Part shown: one piece after another, positions 24,541 through 38,155 of the stretch
How positions within the stretch are numbered: position 1 is the stretch's first letter
Layout: each line of letters begins with the position of its first letter
Origin: Octopus sinensis
Lineage: Eukaryota
Reading direction: 5' to 3'
NCBI RefSeq assembly: GCF_006345805.1
Contig: NC_043000.1
Coordinates: forward strand, 4,092,001-4,156,000
Length of the DNA stretch: 64,000 bases
Position numbers and translations under genes: made by a program
The notes under the pieces: model-generated
What the model saw: only the letters and a program-made list of their open reading frames with translations
The model's database searches: none
Told to the model about the DNA's origin: nothing

Positions 24541-27500
24541 ATGAGTGCAGTGAAGCATTTGCGAATGCTCAATATTGCTGTTAGTGTTATTATGTTGATA
24601 TTCTTTAGCATTACTATTAATACAAACTATTTTTATTGTCTTGAAAACCCTGGTTTCCTCTCTATTGAGAATAGTTCAAAAAAGATATGCTTCCCACTCT
24701 TTTATGATTTAAAATTTGTTTCCTAAAATCTTGAACTGATCAGATCTTTCAAACTTCTTGGGTTTGGGTTTTTCATCTATTGCTCTCTTCTATCACTTTT
24801 AAGAGGGCCTCCACAGGCGTCAGATCAGTCTCTACTTTCAGCCAATAGTTGACAATATTCCCTGTATTGATAATATCTTATGAAGATAGTAAATGATGGC
24901 CTAAACATTTATACTTTTCCCTAACTATTTTCATAAACATTTTTTTTTTTTTATTTGGGTTTTAGTGCCACACTTTCTGTCAACTGGCTATTAATTACTG
25001 GTATGTAATGATCCAGAGATTCAATCTGATTCTCAAAACTGATCATTATGATTACCGGAAGTCACGCAATTACCTCTTACCATTAATCTAGTTGTTAAGG
25101 ATGCAATGAGAAAACTGCCAGAACAGAAAGTATTGAAGTAAAATCTATGTGAAATTGACAAGCATAATTTTAATTTAAAAAAAAATTTTTTTTTTTTTAT
25201 GGTATGTTTGAGTGAAAATGGTGAAGAATGCTAAATAATTTATTTGATTGGAGATTCCGTAATCAGCGTTGGGGTTGGTAAAGAAATCAACAAATATATA
25301 TAAGTGGCCGACAACATGTGTTTATATTTAAAACATTGACATCATTTAATACTGATTCCTTTAGTGGGTCTGTGAATGTATGGTAGGCTGAAAGAGGCTT
25401 GTAGTATGGAAACCTTCCTCCTCCATCAGGCAATCAATGTAACACTATTGACTTTTAATTATTAGTGTTTGGTCCTACCAGTGAACACTAGGTTTGTTGA
25501 AATATATTATTGAGATACTGTGTGGCTGTAGAAGGTAGCTAAGTAGTTAGTGTTTGTGTTGGTATATTTGCGCTAATTACCTACAATTGCAGAACACCTG
25601 CACATTAGATGCAAGCTAAAATAGTGGGGGGGAAAACGAGAGAGATAAAGGAGAAAGATATTATGTACAACATGATTCAGTGACCTTTGCTTTTTTTTTT
25701 TTTTTTGTTAGATTTGAACCTCTGCATCTGCCCACCACCCCAGACTGCTAGCACTCAGAATCAAACTCAGATTCACATGGTTATTTGTTCATGTCAGTCT
25801 ATCATTAGATGACTTTTCAAAGAATTGTCGTTTTTGTTTTGGTTCAACCAACACCTGAGGTTGTTTAGTTTGGTATCACCCTAAAATTTTTAATCAACCT
25901 TCTCTGTTGAAATTCATTGTAATATGTCCATTTAAGAATCGAATCTCCTTGAGTACATTTTTGGGGGTATCAACTTGTAAGTTGATCAGTTCTTGTGAGT
26001 TACTTTTTCATTTAAATCAGACGCTGTATGTCAGTAGCTGTAGTTGCTAAAACTTGGCTACTTTTTCATATAGTACTTGCTTTCTGTGGAATGATTTAAC
26101 TTCAGATTATTTTTGTTGGGTTTTTTTTATCCAGTTTTTATTCTTTGTTAACAGACAACTCTAGCAATAACATTATTGATAGATTTAGTTCCTTCATATT
26201 GGGAAAATCTCTGAACCACTTTCACTTCAACCAGGTCTCTGAATTCTGGGGTTTTGCTTTGCCTACAAACCTACCCTGTTAGATACAACTATAATGCTTT
26301 AAACTTGACTGCATAATCCTAAAATTAGTTTTGAAGTTTATCTCACAATTATTCCGGGCTCAATTTTCAAACCATTTTGATGGCTATGTCTTACAGAATA
26401 AATTGTTTGTTTTGTTATATTTTGTTTGATTTGTTGCTTTTTATTTTGTTTTATTTGTTGTTTTCTTTTTCCTCTGGGCAGGTTGATTTTATTTTACAAA
26501 TAACCAGGCTTTTGCTCCTCTTCAAATGTTCCTCCTCTTCTGCCTTGTCCTCATTAGCAGTTAAATACAATCCTTTCTCATTCTATATATTCAAAACATA
26601 CAAGTCTGACAATCAGTTTTAATATCATTGAAGTGTTTAACTATGGTTCTGACCCTCTCACACATCCAAACCATTCACAGTGCATAAACCATTCCTTAAT
26701 ATAATAAAATAAAAGACTTATTTCTACATTTACCACTTTCAATGTCTCTAGGAAAATAATGAATACCTCTGCATTCCAATTTCCCATTTCTTTTCATTCC
26801 TAATTAAAAAATTATATATATATATGGATTTACCATGCCACCATTGGTTTCATATGGAAACATTGCAATTATCAAGCATTCCACTAAACAGTGTTGGTAA
26901 TCTATCTCTAATCTGGCTAAGGCTCTCTATCTCTCTCTATATATATGTATACATACATATATATATATTTATATATATATATATATATATTAATTGTCAT
27001 TTATTAGCTTTTTTTAATACAAGTAAAGGAAGTGGCATAGACTTTAGTAGTCTTATGGAATAAGATCTGTGAAAAGATTAACAGAACCCTGACTGAACAT
27101 TTCCCTATAAAACTGAAAGTTCGTCAGAACCATAAGGTAAAAATACTGAGGCCGATGTTAATGTAGTGATGAAAATAAATCCTTGAGGTTAGAATCTGTA
27201 GAAGCTTTGAACATTGGTTAAACTGACATGTTTTCATACTTATCTAACTTTATTAACTTCAATAATAATATTTAGTTCTTCTACTGATATTGAACCTGTA
27301 ACCTCTTGTTTTACGCCCCATTCTCAAATGGCATGTCAACATTACATCAACACATCCAAATGGCAGAGTACTTTCTTTGATCTTTATGTTCACTTCTTGA
27401 ATAATGTAGTTGTACAGCTCCTGTTTCTTTTAGTGCTGTCTCAACATCATTTCAGACTTGACTATTCCCCAAATCCAAATCTTAGTCTGTGTGTATGTGT

Positions 27501-27726
27501 GTGTATATATCTGTGTGTGTGTATGTATCTGTGTGTGTGACCTAGTTTTTCAGAACTTCTTAAAGGAATGCTATATGTAGAATGTTACAAGAGTTACCTC
27601 TATCTGACATTTATTCCCAACTGATGACTTCTCAATGATCAGGTCAATAGATGTCCAAAAGAATTTTGGCAACACCAACAACAGAACAACTTAGAAATTT
27701 GACTGCCTTAGGTTATGTGGATAATA

Positions 27727-27763
<37 letters not shown>

Positions 27764-28789
27764 TGAACAGACAGATAGATAGACAGACTGTTAAATATGA
27801 ATTTAGTTTGGAATGTAATCATTTTGGTTATTTACTGCCATCCAAACACTGATATGTTGGTGTTTCATTTAGAATAGATGAATTATATATTGTAACTGCA
27901 AATAATGGTGTATATATATACATATATATATTCTGTATCTTCATCAAACTGTTAGGTAGATTTTTCTTACCTGTATCCATCAATTACTAGTAAATATGTG
28001 TGTGAATATTGCTCCAAATATTTATATATATTTCTCAACAGAGAAGAGGAAACCAGCATAGAATTTGGTATTTTTGTGGGAATTTTATATGAATAAGACC
28101 ATAGTATTGATTCCAATCCAGGAATTTAATATTCATTCAGGAGGGGAGGAGGGAATTATTTAACTGTCTCATAAAGTTCCACTGCTCATGTTAAATATTT
28201 ATGTGAAACCATCGCATAATTCTTTATATGGATATCATTCTGAATTTACTTAAATAATTAGTACACAAGAGATTGCCAAGATTTTAATATTGAGACAAAC
28301 ATTACTCATCTTTATAGAGATTTTAGGATCAAAGCTGATTTGCTTTTGAACTAAAGTAAAATCTTCTCATTCAAACTCTTTTCCAAACAGTATTTCACTG
28401 TGTAAGTTTTTCAAGGTATGATAGTATGTGCGCTACAAATATTAGGTGTAATATTTTTCCCCCCGCATCTTTTATTGAAACAGTCTGAAGTCTGTAGATT
28501 GTCATGTTGTCAGCACCAAACCATTGTTGAAAATTTATCAAAGCAGATTGAAGAAGAATCCATTTTATTTGTCATTCCCTGCTCCCATACTCTTTGTTCC
28601 AGTTTCAAATGGTCAACCACAACCTTTGCTTTTGTGTTATGAAAACATACTTTTCTTCTTTTATTCTCCAATAACAAGACAACTGTATATTTTTATACCA
28701 ATTTATCATTCAAATCATTTTATAGAGATACTCTAATTTTGTTTCATATATAGATTTTTTTTTTCTTTTGTATCTTTCATTATTTATTA

Positions 28790-29180
28790 TAATTCTGCTG
28801 GGGTTGACTTTGCCTTTCATCCTTCCAGGATTGATAAAATAAGTTACAGTCATATGTGCTGGGCAGGAGGGGGAGAGGGCAATTAAATCAACTTCTACCC
28901 GCCTCTCAAAATATATGGCTTTGTGCCTATGTTAGAAAACAAAAGATATTTTTATTACGGCAGAGGAGTGACAGAAATGATAGAGCGCCATACTGAATGC
29001 CTTATAGTGTTTAGTTTTGCCTCATGACATTTTGAGTTCAATTCCTGCCAAGGTCAACTTTGCCTTTCATCTCTCCAAAGTTGATAAAGTAAGTACCAGC
29101 CAATGTATTGGTGTCGATTCAATTGACTATTTTCCTCCTTTATAGGTTTGGGGCCTTGTGCCAACGTGACAAATCATTGT

Positions 29181-29242
<62 letters not shown>

Positions 29243-29385
29243 TGTAATATCTCACCAGAGTCAACTTTGCTTTTCATCCTTTCAGGGTTGATAAAGTAAA
29301 GTACTGGTCAAGTATTGGAGTGGATGTAATCAACTAACCTCCACCCCACCCCTAAAATTGCTGGCCTTGAGCCAAAATTTGACAC

Positions 29386-29390
<5 letters not shown>
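28790..29390 (+). mobile_element. Three older family B-related SINE copies; similar old copies near 10445, 14243, 16000, 16800, 17030, 33790, 51385 and 55395
   Basis: Diverged gactttgcctttcatcc core and ggccttgtgcc tail. Confidence 0.7.
29180..29240. repeat. (ATT)n microsatellite, with a second at about 29387-29424
   Basis: Direct reading. Confidence 0.95.
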
Positions 29391-29425
<35 letters not shown>

Positions 29426-30361
29426 GTTCAGCATTATGTTAACAATATTTGATGTTAATTTCCTGTAATTCTTCTAGTCTCAGTGTTTGTTTGTTTGTTT
29501 GTTTGTTCCCCCCACCCCACCCCGCCTGTTTTATTTTTCTCCCCTCTTTTGTTAACCTTGCCTCACACTATTCTGTATTTTAAACCTGACTATGGAAATT
29601 TGCAGCTAAGTTTCTGAACGAATCCCTCTCATTTACCTATGAAAAGAAATTATCATTTTAGGGACACATTTATATCTGTCTGTACGAGCCATGGAAATCT
29701 CTCGTTGCTCAACAGTTGTCAGATAGTTCTAAATAAAGCAATTCACAGTGTTGTGTTTCACTTCCAACCTTTGGTCTACAGGCTACATTAATTCCTTATC
29801 TACATAGAACAGAACTGATATATTTTGCCTTTTTCCCCCTACAGTCTTGGAAAATTGAGTGTCCAAAAACAGTTGAAGATCTTATTTATTTTTGTGCTTA
29901 CATCTTGTTATAAACATAAATGGTACTGTAATAATTTTGGTCAGATGGATTTTTCTAGAAGCAATAACACCATCAACTAAAACCAAATTCAGAAAACTGC
30001 CCTCCACCTTTAAATCTTAAATTCTCAGTTATTCAAGAAATTAGGTCTAAATAAACCTTTTCAAATACCTTCTGCCACTTCTTAAAATTTGGCACTACTT
30101 TGACTACATTTTGTTACAAAGTTTATTTTTTCCACTGAAGAATTTAATATTCCATTCAATCTGTCCAAAGCATCTAAATACAAATTAAAACATGCATAGT
30201 TTCCTCACTTTGACATATATATGTTTATTTATATATTCATCTACTTACCTGTCTATCTCTCCATCTATATCTATCTATCTATCTGCCTGTCTATCTCTCT
30301 GTCTGTCTACCTGTTAATTTATCTATTTTCTTATCTGTCTGTCACGCATGCAGACACATAT

Positions 30362-30397
<36 letters not shown>

Positions 30398-31367
30398 ATG
30401 TACACATACACATGTACACATACACACACGCACACACATACACAAGAATGGTAAAATCTCAAACTGGATGACCTGTTTTTTAAATGAAAATCTTATTTCA
30501 AAAACAAAACATGAACAACTGAAGTGATATTTCAAGAAATTTCCTGTGAAAATGAATCTCAAATTAGCAGTACTGGAATCTCTTCTTCATTTACTTTGCC
30601 CATCTCATCTCAGAGTTCAATTCTCGCCCTAGCTTTCATAAACCACTACTTCAAGAACTAAAAGTTTTTCTATATAACAAGAAATAATTACATGATTTCT
30701 ATTTTTTCATATTTTTCTTTCCCAAAAAAAAATTTTTTTTTTTTTTTTTCTCTTCATACCATTCTTGAGTGATTCTTCATACTGACACTTTCTGCTAAAC
30801 ATTCCTGTCAAGATATCGTTGCTCTCTATTTTTTTCCGAAGACATTTCATATTTTCTGAAAACCTACAAGTATTCCAATGGAAAAAAAAAATCCCCCCCC
30901 CCACCTGTAGTGTTACATTAAAGAAACTTCAAGTACAAAGTTCTTTTTTCTATTTTAAAATTATTTCCCAATTACAACAACCCAACCCAACCCAGCATGG
31001 ATTAAATAATAACTACAATAGCATGACTATACAGAGAAAAACTCTGTGTAAATAAAAATATTTATAAATAAAAATAAAGAAAGAAATCCTTTGAAATTAC
31101 CAGAAAAGGGACATCTGCCCCCTTAATGTAGTTCTCCTCACTTTCTCCTGGTCTAACCCACTGATTAACAGGCTCAATACCGCCTGACGTTGGAGTCTGG
31201 CGTTAATGTCAAAAGTATGCTTTGAAGACCATTTCAGTGGTGAACCCCTTGTTACACCACCATTCTGCGTTGCATAACATTCCTTTTTACTCTGACTTTC
31301 AGTACAGCATTATGTCTTAACAGTAGAAACTTTGCAGTCAATACATACATATATACCATATATATAC

Positions 31368-31419
<52 letters not shown>

Positions 31420-32059
31420 ATATATATATTGACCTTTTTCTTAGATCTTGGTTGTAAGATTTGTTGTAATAAATGTCCTATAAATAATAAACAGGCTCCG
31501 TTTTGTTGCTTCACTTCACATTTCTTATTATACATACATATATGAAAGCTAAAATGATGCAAAGCACATTCCGACCAGCAGTACGAAACAACATCTGACA
31601 ATCTGGTTGGTTATGTGATCACACACACATACACATATATATATATCAGTTAATACATGACAAAATAATATAAGTTACAGTGCCCCAGCATGGCCACAGC
31701 TTGTGAGCTGAAACTAGATAAAAATTTAAAAAATAAATAAAAATCACCTTCCTTAGCTTACAGCTGTTTTTGCTTTAAGATGCAGTGCACTCATAGCAGA
31801 GAGCTTGTGTAACTTCCTATCACTTCTTCAGAGCCATTAAAACTAAGTATATGTTTATTTCAAAAAGCAGTCCAAAATAAACATGTTCTGCTTCTTATAG
31901 CAAAACCAGCTGTAAGCTAACGAGAGTAAACACATAACATGTTCTTTTGTCATTTAATAGCTGATATTATTCTCTGTACTCACCTGATTTTTTACTCTAA
32001 AGCATAAGACAATTGACTTTCAGCAATTGATTATTAGTATTGCCTAAGCGAAATCATAA

Positions 32060-32093
32060 CATATATATATATATATAATATATATATATATAT

Positions 32094-32158
<65 letters not shown>
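32060..32158. repeat. Long (TA)n microsatellite, representative of many TA/CA/CT tracts
   Basis: Direct reading. Confidence 0.95.
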
Positions 32159-32160
<2 letters not shown>

Positions 32161-32567
32161 CGCAGGAGTGGCTGTGTGGTAAGTAGCTTGCTAACCAACC
32201 ACATGGTTCCGGGTTCAGTTCCTCTGCGTGGCATCTTGGGCAAGTGTCTTCTGCTATAGCCCCAGGCCGACCAATGCCTTGTGAGTAGATTTGGTAGACG
32301 GAAACTGAAAGAAGCCTGTCGTATATATGTATATATATATATGTATGTGTGTTTGTTTGTGTGTCTGTGTTTGTCCCCCTAGCATTGCTTGACAACCGAT
32401 GCTGGTGTTTTTAAATCCCTGTTACTTAGCAGTTCAGCAAAAGAGACCGATAGAATAAGTACTGGGCTTAGAAAAAGAATAAGTCCCGGGGTGGAGTTAC
32501 TCGATTAAAGGCGGTGCTCCAGAATGGCCGCAGTCAAATGACTGAAACAAGTAAAAAGAGAAAGAGA
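32159..32567 (+). mobile_element. Family A SINE at the end of a long (TA)n tract
   Basis: Full length, close to the copy at 121. Confidence 0.88.
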
Positions 32568-33405
32568 TTTATACACACACACACACCCTCTCAATGTTGA
32601 TGTGGTCATTGTTACAGTTCTTATTAACAGCAGAATCATTTGAGCACCACATTAATGCACTACTACATATGTTCTGGGTTCAAATCCTGTGAATGTCAAT
32701 TTTTGTCTTTTATTCTTCTGTGGGGCCAATAAAACATAGTACCACTCAAGTACTGAGGTTGCTAAAATTTGTGGCCCTGTACTGACAATAGAAATCATCA
32801 ACATCATTATAGACTCATTAGAGTCCTGAAATGGAAGAACAGTAATGATTCTTAATATTAAAATTACATCAAAGTACACACAGTAAAGTTACTGGTATTA
32901 GGAAGGGGCATCCAGCCATAGAAACTATGCTAAAGCTGATATTGGAGTTCAGTGCAGGTCTGCAGCTTAGATCCTGTCAAATACTCTAACTCATGCAAAC
33001 ATGGAAAACAGACAGTAAACAATGATGGGAATGGGGGTGATGATTGACTTTGCCCTAAATTCTTTAAAAAAATGATAAAGTAAGTTTTGTTCAAGTACTG
33101 GGCTTGATACAGTCCACTATACTTTAATCACTGAATATCTTGCTAATGTCTTTTCTTAGAAAATGTTATTATATGGTGCAGTAAATATTATCAGCCTATA
33201 GTATCATTATATCTTGATATATATATATCATCATCATCATCATCGTTTAACGTTCGTTCTCCATGCTAGCATGGGTTGGACGGTTCGACCAGGGATCTGG
33301 GAAGCCAGAAGGCTGCACCAGGCTCCAGTCTTATCTGGCAATGTTTCTACAGCTGGATGCCCTTCCTAATGCCAACTATATATATGTATATATATATATA
33401 TATTT

Positions 33406-33705
33406 ATGCGCCCTTTTCAAGCCTAGCCAGGCTCATGGGCCCGCTTTCCTGGTTTCTATGGCATATGTGTTCCCCCCAGCTGGACGGGACGCCAGTCCAT
33501 CGCAGCATTACTCAAGAAACAGGAAGAAAGGGTGAGAGAAAGTTGGGGCGAAAGAGTACAACAGGGGTCGCCACCACCCCCTGCCGGAGCCTCGTGGAGC
33601 TTTAGGTGTTTTTGCTCAATAAACACACACAACACCTGGTCTGGGAATCGAAACCACGATCCCCTGACCGCGAGTCCGCTGCCCCAACCACTGGGCCATT
33701 ACACC

Positions 33706-33706
<1 letters not shown>
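33406..33706 (-). mobile_element. Family D SINE, tail type 2
   Basis: Same head and body as 13486, different 3' module (ctgcgatggactggcgtcccgtccag...). Confidence 0.85.
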
Positions 33707-33750
<44 letters not shown>

Positions 33751-34576
33751 TATCTGTATCTGTATAATCCCAGGGCCACATTAGTTATTGTTTCTGATTT
33801 AAGCACAAGGCCAGCAATTTTGACTGGAAGGGTTAATTGATTACATCAACCCCAATACCTAACTGGTATTATATTTTTGCAACCAGACATTAGTAATCAT
33901 CATCATGGTCATAATCGTCTTAATGCTCACTTTCTCATGCTTGCATGGGTTGCACAGAGTTTATTGAAGCAGATTTTCTATGACCAGATGCCTTTCCTGT
34001 TGCTAACCTTGACCTGTTTTCTAAAAAGGGTTATATTGCTGCATGGTCAGACATGTTTTGGAAATGAATGAGTCTGCTTGTATGACAGCAACACTCATTT
34101 ACAGCTGTCACTCAAGGCACAGAGATATTAACACACACACACACACATACGTAAAATGGGCTTTGTCCACTTTCCATGAGAGACATTACAATCTATTGAT
34201 TGAACGTGATTGACATAACCACTTTCCCTCCTGTCATACAAATAAAGAGAAATATCCTCACACATAAAATAGAGTGAGAGAAAGACATTGAAATACCTGA
34301 TATCAAATAAATCAGCATTGAATCAGTCGCACCAAATAGGCAATGCCAAACTGACTGTGCCTATTTCATGGCTAGAACAATTTTATTCTGAAGAAATATG
34401 AAGAGCACTCTGCAAGTGAAAAGTATCAGCTGTCTTCACCAACTAGTACTGTTATTGTTATTTTTTAAAATAGTGTTACCTATTAGGGTAATATATTAAA
34501 TATTTTCAGCCAGCGTTAAATTTACATAGAAATGTAAATGACTATAAAATTGATACATGTTATAAATATCAAAGTA

Positions 34577-34813
34577 CCATGGGCCCAGTTTCCTGGTTTC
34601 TGTGGAATATGTGTTTCCCCCAGCTGGACGGGACGCCAGTCCATTGCAGCGCTACTCAAGAAACAGAAGAGAGAGTGAGAGAAAGTTGTGGCAAAAGAGT
34701 ACAACAGGGGTCGCCACCACTCCCTGCTGGAGCATCGTGGAGCTTTTAGGTGTTTTCGCTCAATAAACACACACAACGCCCAGTCTGAGAATCGAAACCA
34801 CAATCCTCCGACT
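34577..34813 (-). mobile_element. Family D SINE, tail type 2, partial
   Basis: Matches the 33406 copy. Confidence 0.8.
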
Positions 34814-35068
34814 AAAAATACGTATTTGGAATTCTATTCATATGTTTAATCCTTTCAGGTTGCTCAGATTATTCTATCAAATTCAATACTTATTTATTCA
34901 CATTGTTTTGAATTAATCATGCATATATCTCATAGCTTTGAGATTTTGGTGTTGTGATTGTATATTTTTAAAATAACATTGTAGGGTATGTGTAAGAGGT
35001 TAGAACTGGACTGTTTGAACATAAAACAGGTAAAATATTTGTGTTGGATATGACCGGTTTAAATGCTA

Positions 35069-35506
35069 CTAGTACTTGTACTTGTGACGGCATTCACCAA
35101 GGGCGGGTTGAGCCAGCTTCTTCTCTGGTCCTAACGGCATCATGAACCATGGTGGCCCACGCTCGACAGTCCTGTGCGAGGTCACTGGAGATAGCGATAG
35201 CAAGCTATTTGCGGTTCCATCTGCGCAGACCGACTACCTGCGGACCTGAGAGTTCAGAGAGGTCCTCCTTTATCGTCGTTGCCCAGGTCTTCAGCTGTCC
35301 ACCCGTGCGTTTGCGCCCGCTGGAAAGTGGAAATGGGAGGGGGACATCGTGAATCAGCTCACCCTCTGGACGCTGGGCCGCATGACCGAACCACCTTAAG
35401 CGCCGTTGTAGAAGCACCAAAGGGAGGGGTCAGAGATTCAGGCGGCGACGAAGACGGGCTGTAGGAACCCGATCAATGCATCTATGAATCCTATTCCTAC
35501 CATGGC
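35069..35506 (-). mobile_element. 5'-truncated RTE-clade LINE 3' end
   Basis: LQRRLRWFGHAAQRPEGELI..GGQLKTWATTIKEDL; (CAAGTA)n tail; 10-bp TSD ttaaatgcta at 35059-35068 and 35507-35516. Confidence 0.85.
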
Positions 35507-35832
35507 TTAAATGCTAGATAGTTAATATTGCGATATTTAGTATTACTGTGAAAGTAGACCATGTGGTTAAATCACAAGGCTTTGGGCAGCTTGAAATGGA
35601 GATTAAACCAACTAATTTCAGTTTTCATTAAATACTCATCAGTGATTGCTTATTTCTATCTTGCAAGTTGCTAAAAGAAAGTAACATATGCTACTTATAA
35701 ATATGTTAGCAAAATTATGCTAAGCATAATCTGCCCTAAAGCTCAGTGGTGGATTATTGAGAACTTCATGCTCACAATTAATTCATAGTGAATCTATTTA
35801 TTACACAGCTTTTGAGATAATTTGAATTTTAA

Positions 35833-36052
35833 CCCTTTCGTTACTGTATTTATCTTGAGATGCTCTGTGTTTCTTTCAATTACTTTAAATATTACGAAGA
35901 ATTTAGTAAAATAACTTGGTTATTATTAAGCTAGTGTTAGGAACACTAATTGTGACTTAGGTTTGGTGGAAGATTTTAATTCAAAACTTATGAAAACAAG
36001 ACTTTTGTACTCAGAGCCAGAGCCGGTTAAACCGGGTTTTTTAACGAAAGGG
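35833..36052 (-). mobile_element. TTAA MITE
   Basis: Same TIRs; TTAA at 35829 and 36053. Confidence 0.85.
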
Positions 36053-36281
36053 TTAAGGTATGTTTTTTTAATGAAAATACACACACACATATATTATGTT
36101 GAAACAGTCTAGAGTAAAGGACCCTGAAGAAACTGCACCGACCATGGTGCAAAGTTGCACATCCAACAACATGCAGTTGCTGCAGTTGAAACACATGTAG
36201 TTCTGGAGAATATGCTGTAAATAACTATTAAATAAAATTTATGGATGCGAAAAGTCTCCATTCTCTTTATCATTATTAATG

Positions 36282-36315
<34 letters not shown>

Positions 36316-36569
36316 TGTACACACACACACTAAGCTTCCACACAGTTTCTGTCCACCAAATTCAAAAGGCATCGGTCAGCCCAGGACTTAAAAAAGACAC
36401 CTACCCAAGGTACCACAGAGTGGGACTGAAACAGATCACATGGTTGAAAAGTGGGCTTCTTAACCACATAGCAATGCCTGTGCTTATAAGAAAAAATCTA
36501 TATTTAAAAGTATATATTGTGTATATATATATATATATATTTGATGATGATGATATATATGTATATATA

Positions 36570-36795
36570 TATATAATGGGAAGCTTTATGAAAATAGACA
36601 AAAGACGAAGGCAGGTTTACGGAAATAAACAAAAGACGAAGGCAGGTGGAATACAAACAAACAATTGTATTAGTATGGCGCTCAGGAAATATTAAAACAA
36701 GTCTTTAACGTTTCGAGCCTACGCTCTTCAACAGAAAGATACACAGAGAAAAAACACAGAAAGAAGGAGAGAAAAAAAATGCGTGCAGAGGCTAA
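36570..36795 (-). mobile_element. Penelope-like pseudo-LTR relic; relatives at 46695-46875(-), 6690-6925(+) and 1556-1790(+)
   Basis: TTGAAGAGCGTAGGCTCGAAACGT-type motif and adjacency to (TA)n; class assignment is inference. Confidence 0.5.
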
Positions 36796-37351
36796 TATGC
36801 TGGAAATAGACAAACCGTCAATAACCATATAGACGATTTGTCTATTTTCAGCATATTTGGTATTAGAATTTTTTTTTCCCCCTTGCTTATAAGTTGTTTA
36901 TAAATTTAACCTTTAAGGGTATTTTTTAATATGCTGGCCATTGATAGGATTTTTTTCGAAAAATTTTATCCTATATTAGATATATATATATATATATATA
37001 TATAAGGTAAACAACAAAAACTTATATTTGAAATTATCTTTACATTTCAAATCACAATGTTAAGGCTATAAAGGAAATCTGTGTTTGATCATGCTGTGTG
37101 GTACCACACAACTGCATTAAACCTGGGACCATGTATTTGAAAAACAAACTTCTAAACCACAATGGCTTTACTTGGTCATAGTTTTGGCATACAGGGGGGG
37201 AAATAAAAAGGATTTCAGACTACCAAATTTCCTTTCTCAAATTCTCACATCAGGAATCTATACTAAAATTTATGGGCATTTAAATAACCACAATTTGAAA
37301 GCTTTAAAAAAAAAGAAGATGCTAGTAAACTTAACAGAAAGGGTTTCTTTC

Positions 37352-37733
37352 TTCACTCTTTTTTTAGTTGTTTCAGTCATTTGACTGCAGCCATGCTGGA
37401 GCACCGCCTTTAGTCGAGCAAATCGACCCCAGGACTTATTCTTTGTAAGCCTAGTACTTATTCTATCGGTCTCTTTTGCCGGGGACATAAACACACCACC
37501 ATCGGTTGTCAAGCGATGTTGGAGGAACAAACACAGACACACAAACATACACACACATATATATATATACATATATATGACAGGCTTCTTTCAGTTTCCG
37601 TCTACCAAATCCACTCACAAGGCTTTGGTCGGCCTGAGGCTATAGTAGAAGACACTTGCCCAAGTGCCATGCAGTGAGACTGAACCCTGAACCATGTGGT
37701 TGGTAAGCAAGCTACTTACCACACAGCCACTCC
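37352..37733 (-). mobile_element. Family A SINE (a degraded head also lies at 36325-36480)
   Basis: Reverse copy. Confidence 0.85.
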
Positions 37734-38155
37734 TTTTCCTGAAACTTTAAAAAAATGCTTTGATATAATTTCTCTCTACTGTTTCAGATCAATCCTTTGA
37801 GAATTCCTCATTAGACATTGAGTTGATTGTATACAACTCTGATGTAGAGACAAGCAACAGAAATGAACCTAAAATATTTACTGAGGTGACTGGATTAACA
37901 GTCAAAAATTGATTTTATAAGCACAAGCATTCATTTGTTAGCATTAATAAAAAAAAATATGCTCAGACTTTGTTGGAATTTATATGGTTGTTGCAAGTGA
38001 CAGGTCTTCATGATCTGAAAATTATGTGGCACAATCCTACTGGAATGGTAGCTTCAAATTAAAAATTTAGTGTGATTTTTGGTAGAGCAAAAACGGAAGA
38101 ATTTTGATTAAAATTAGTAATAGTTTGAACAAAAAAATAAAATTGTTAGTGTTTT

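Noticed and set aside
31338-31601. 87-aa minus-strand ORF as partner exon of the 31.1-kb island
   Set aside because: Ends in a TA/TG microsatellite, with no recognisable motif or good splice sites.
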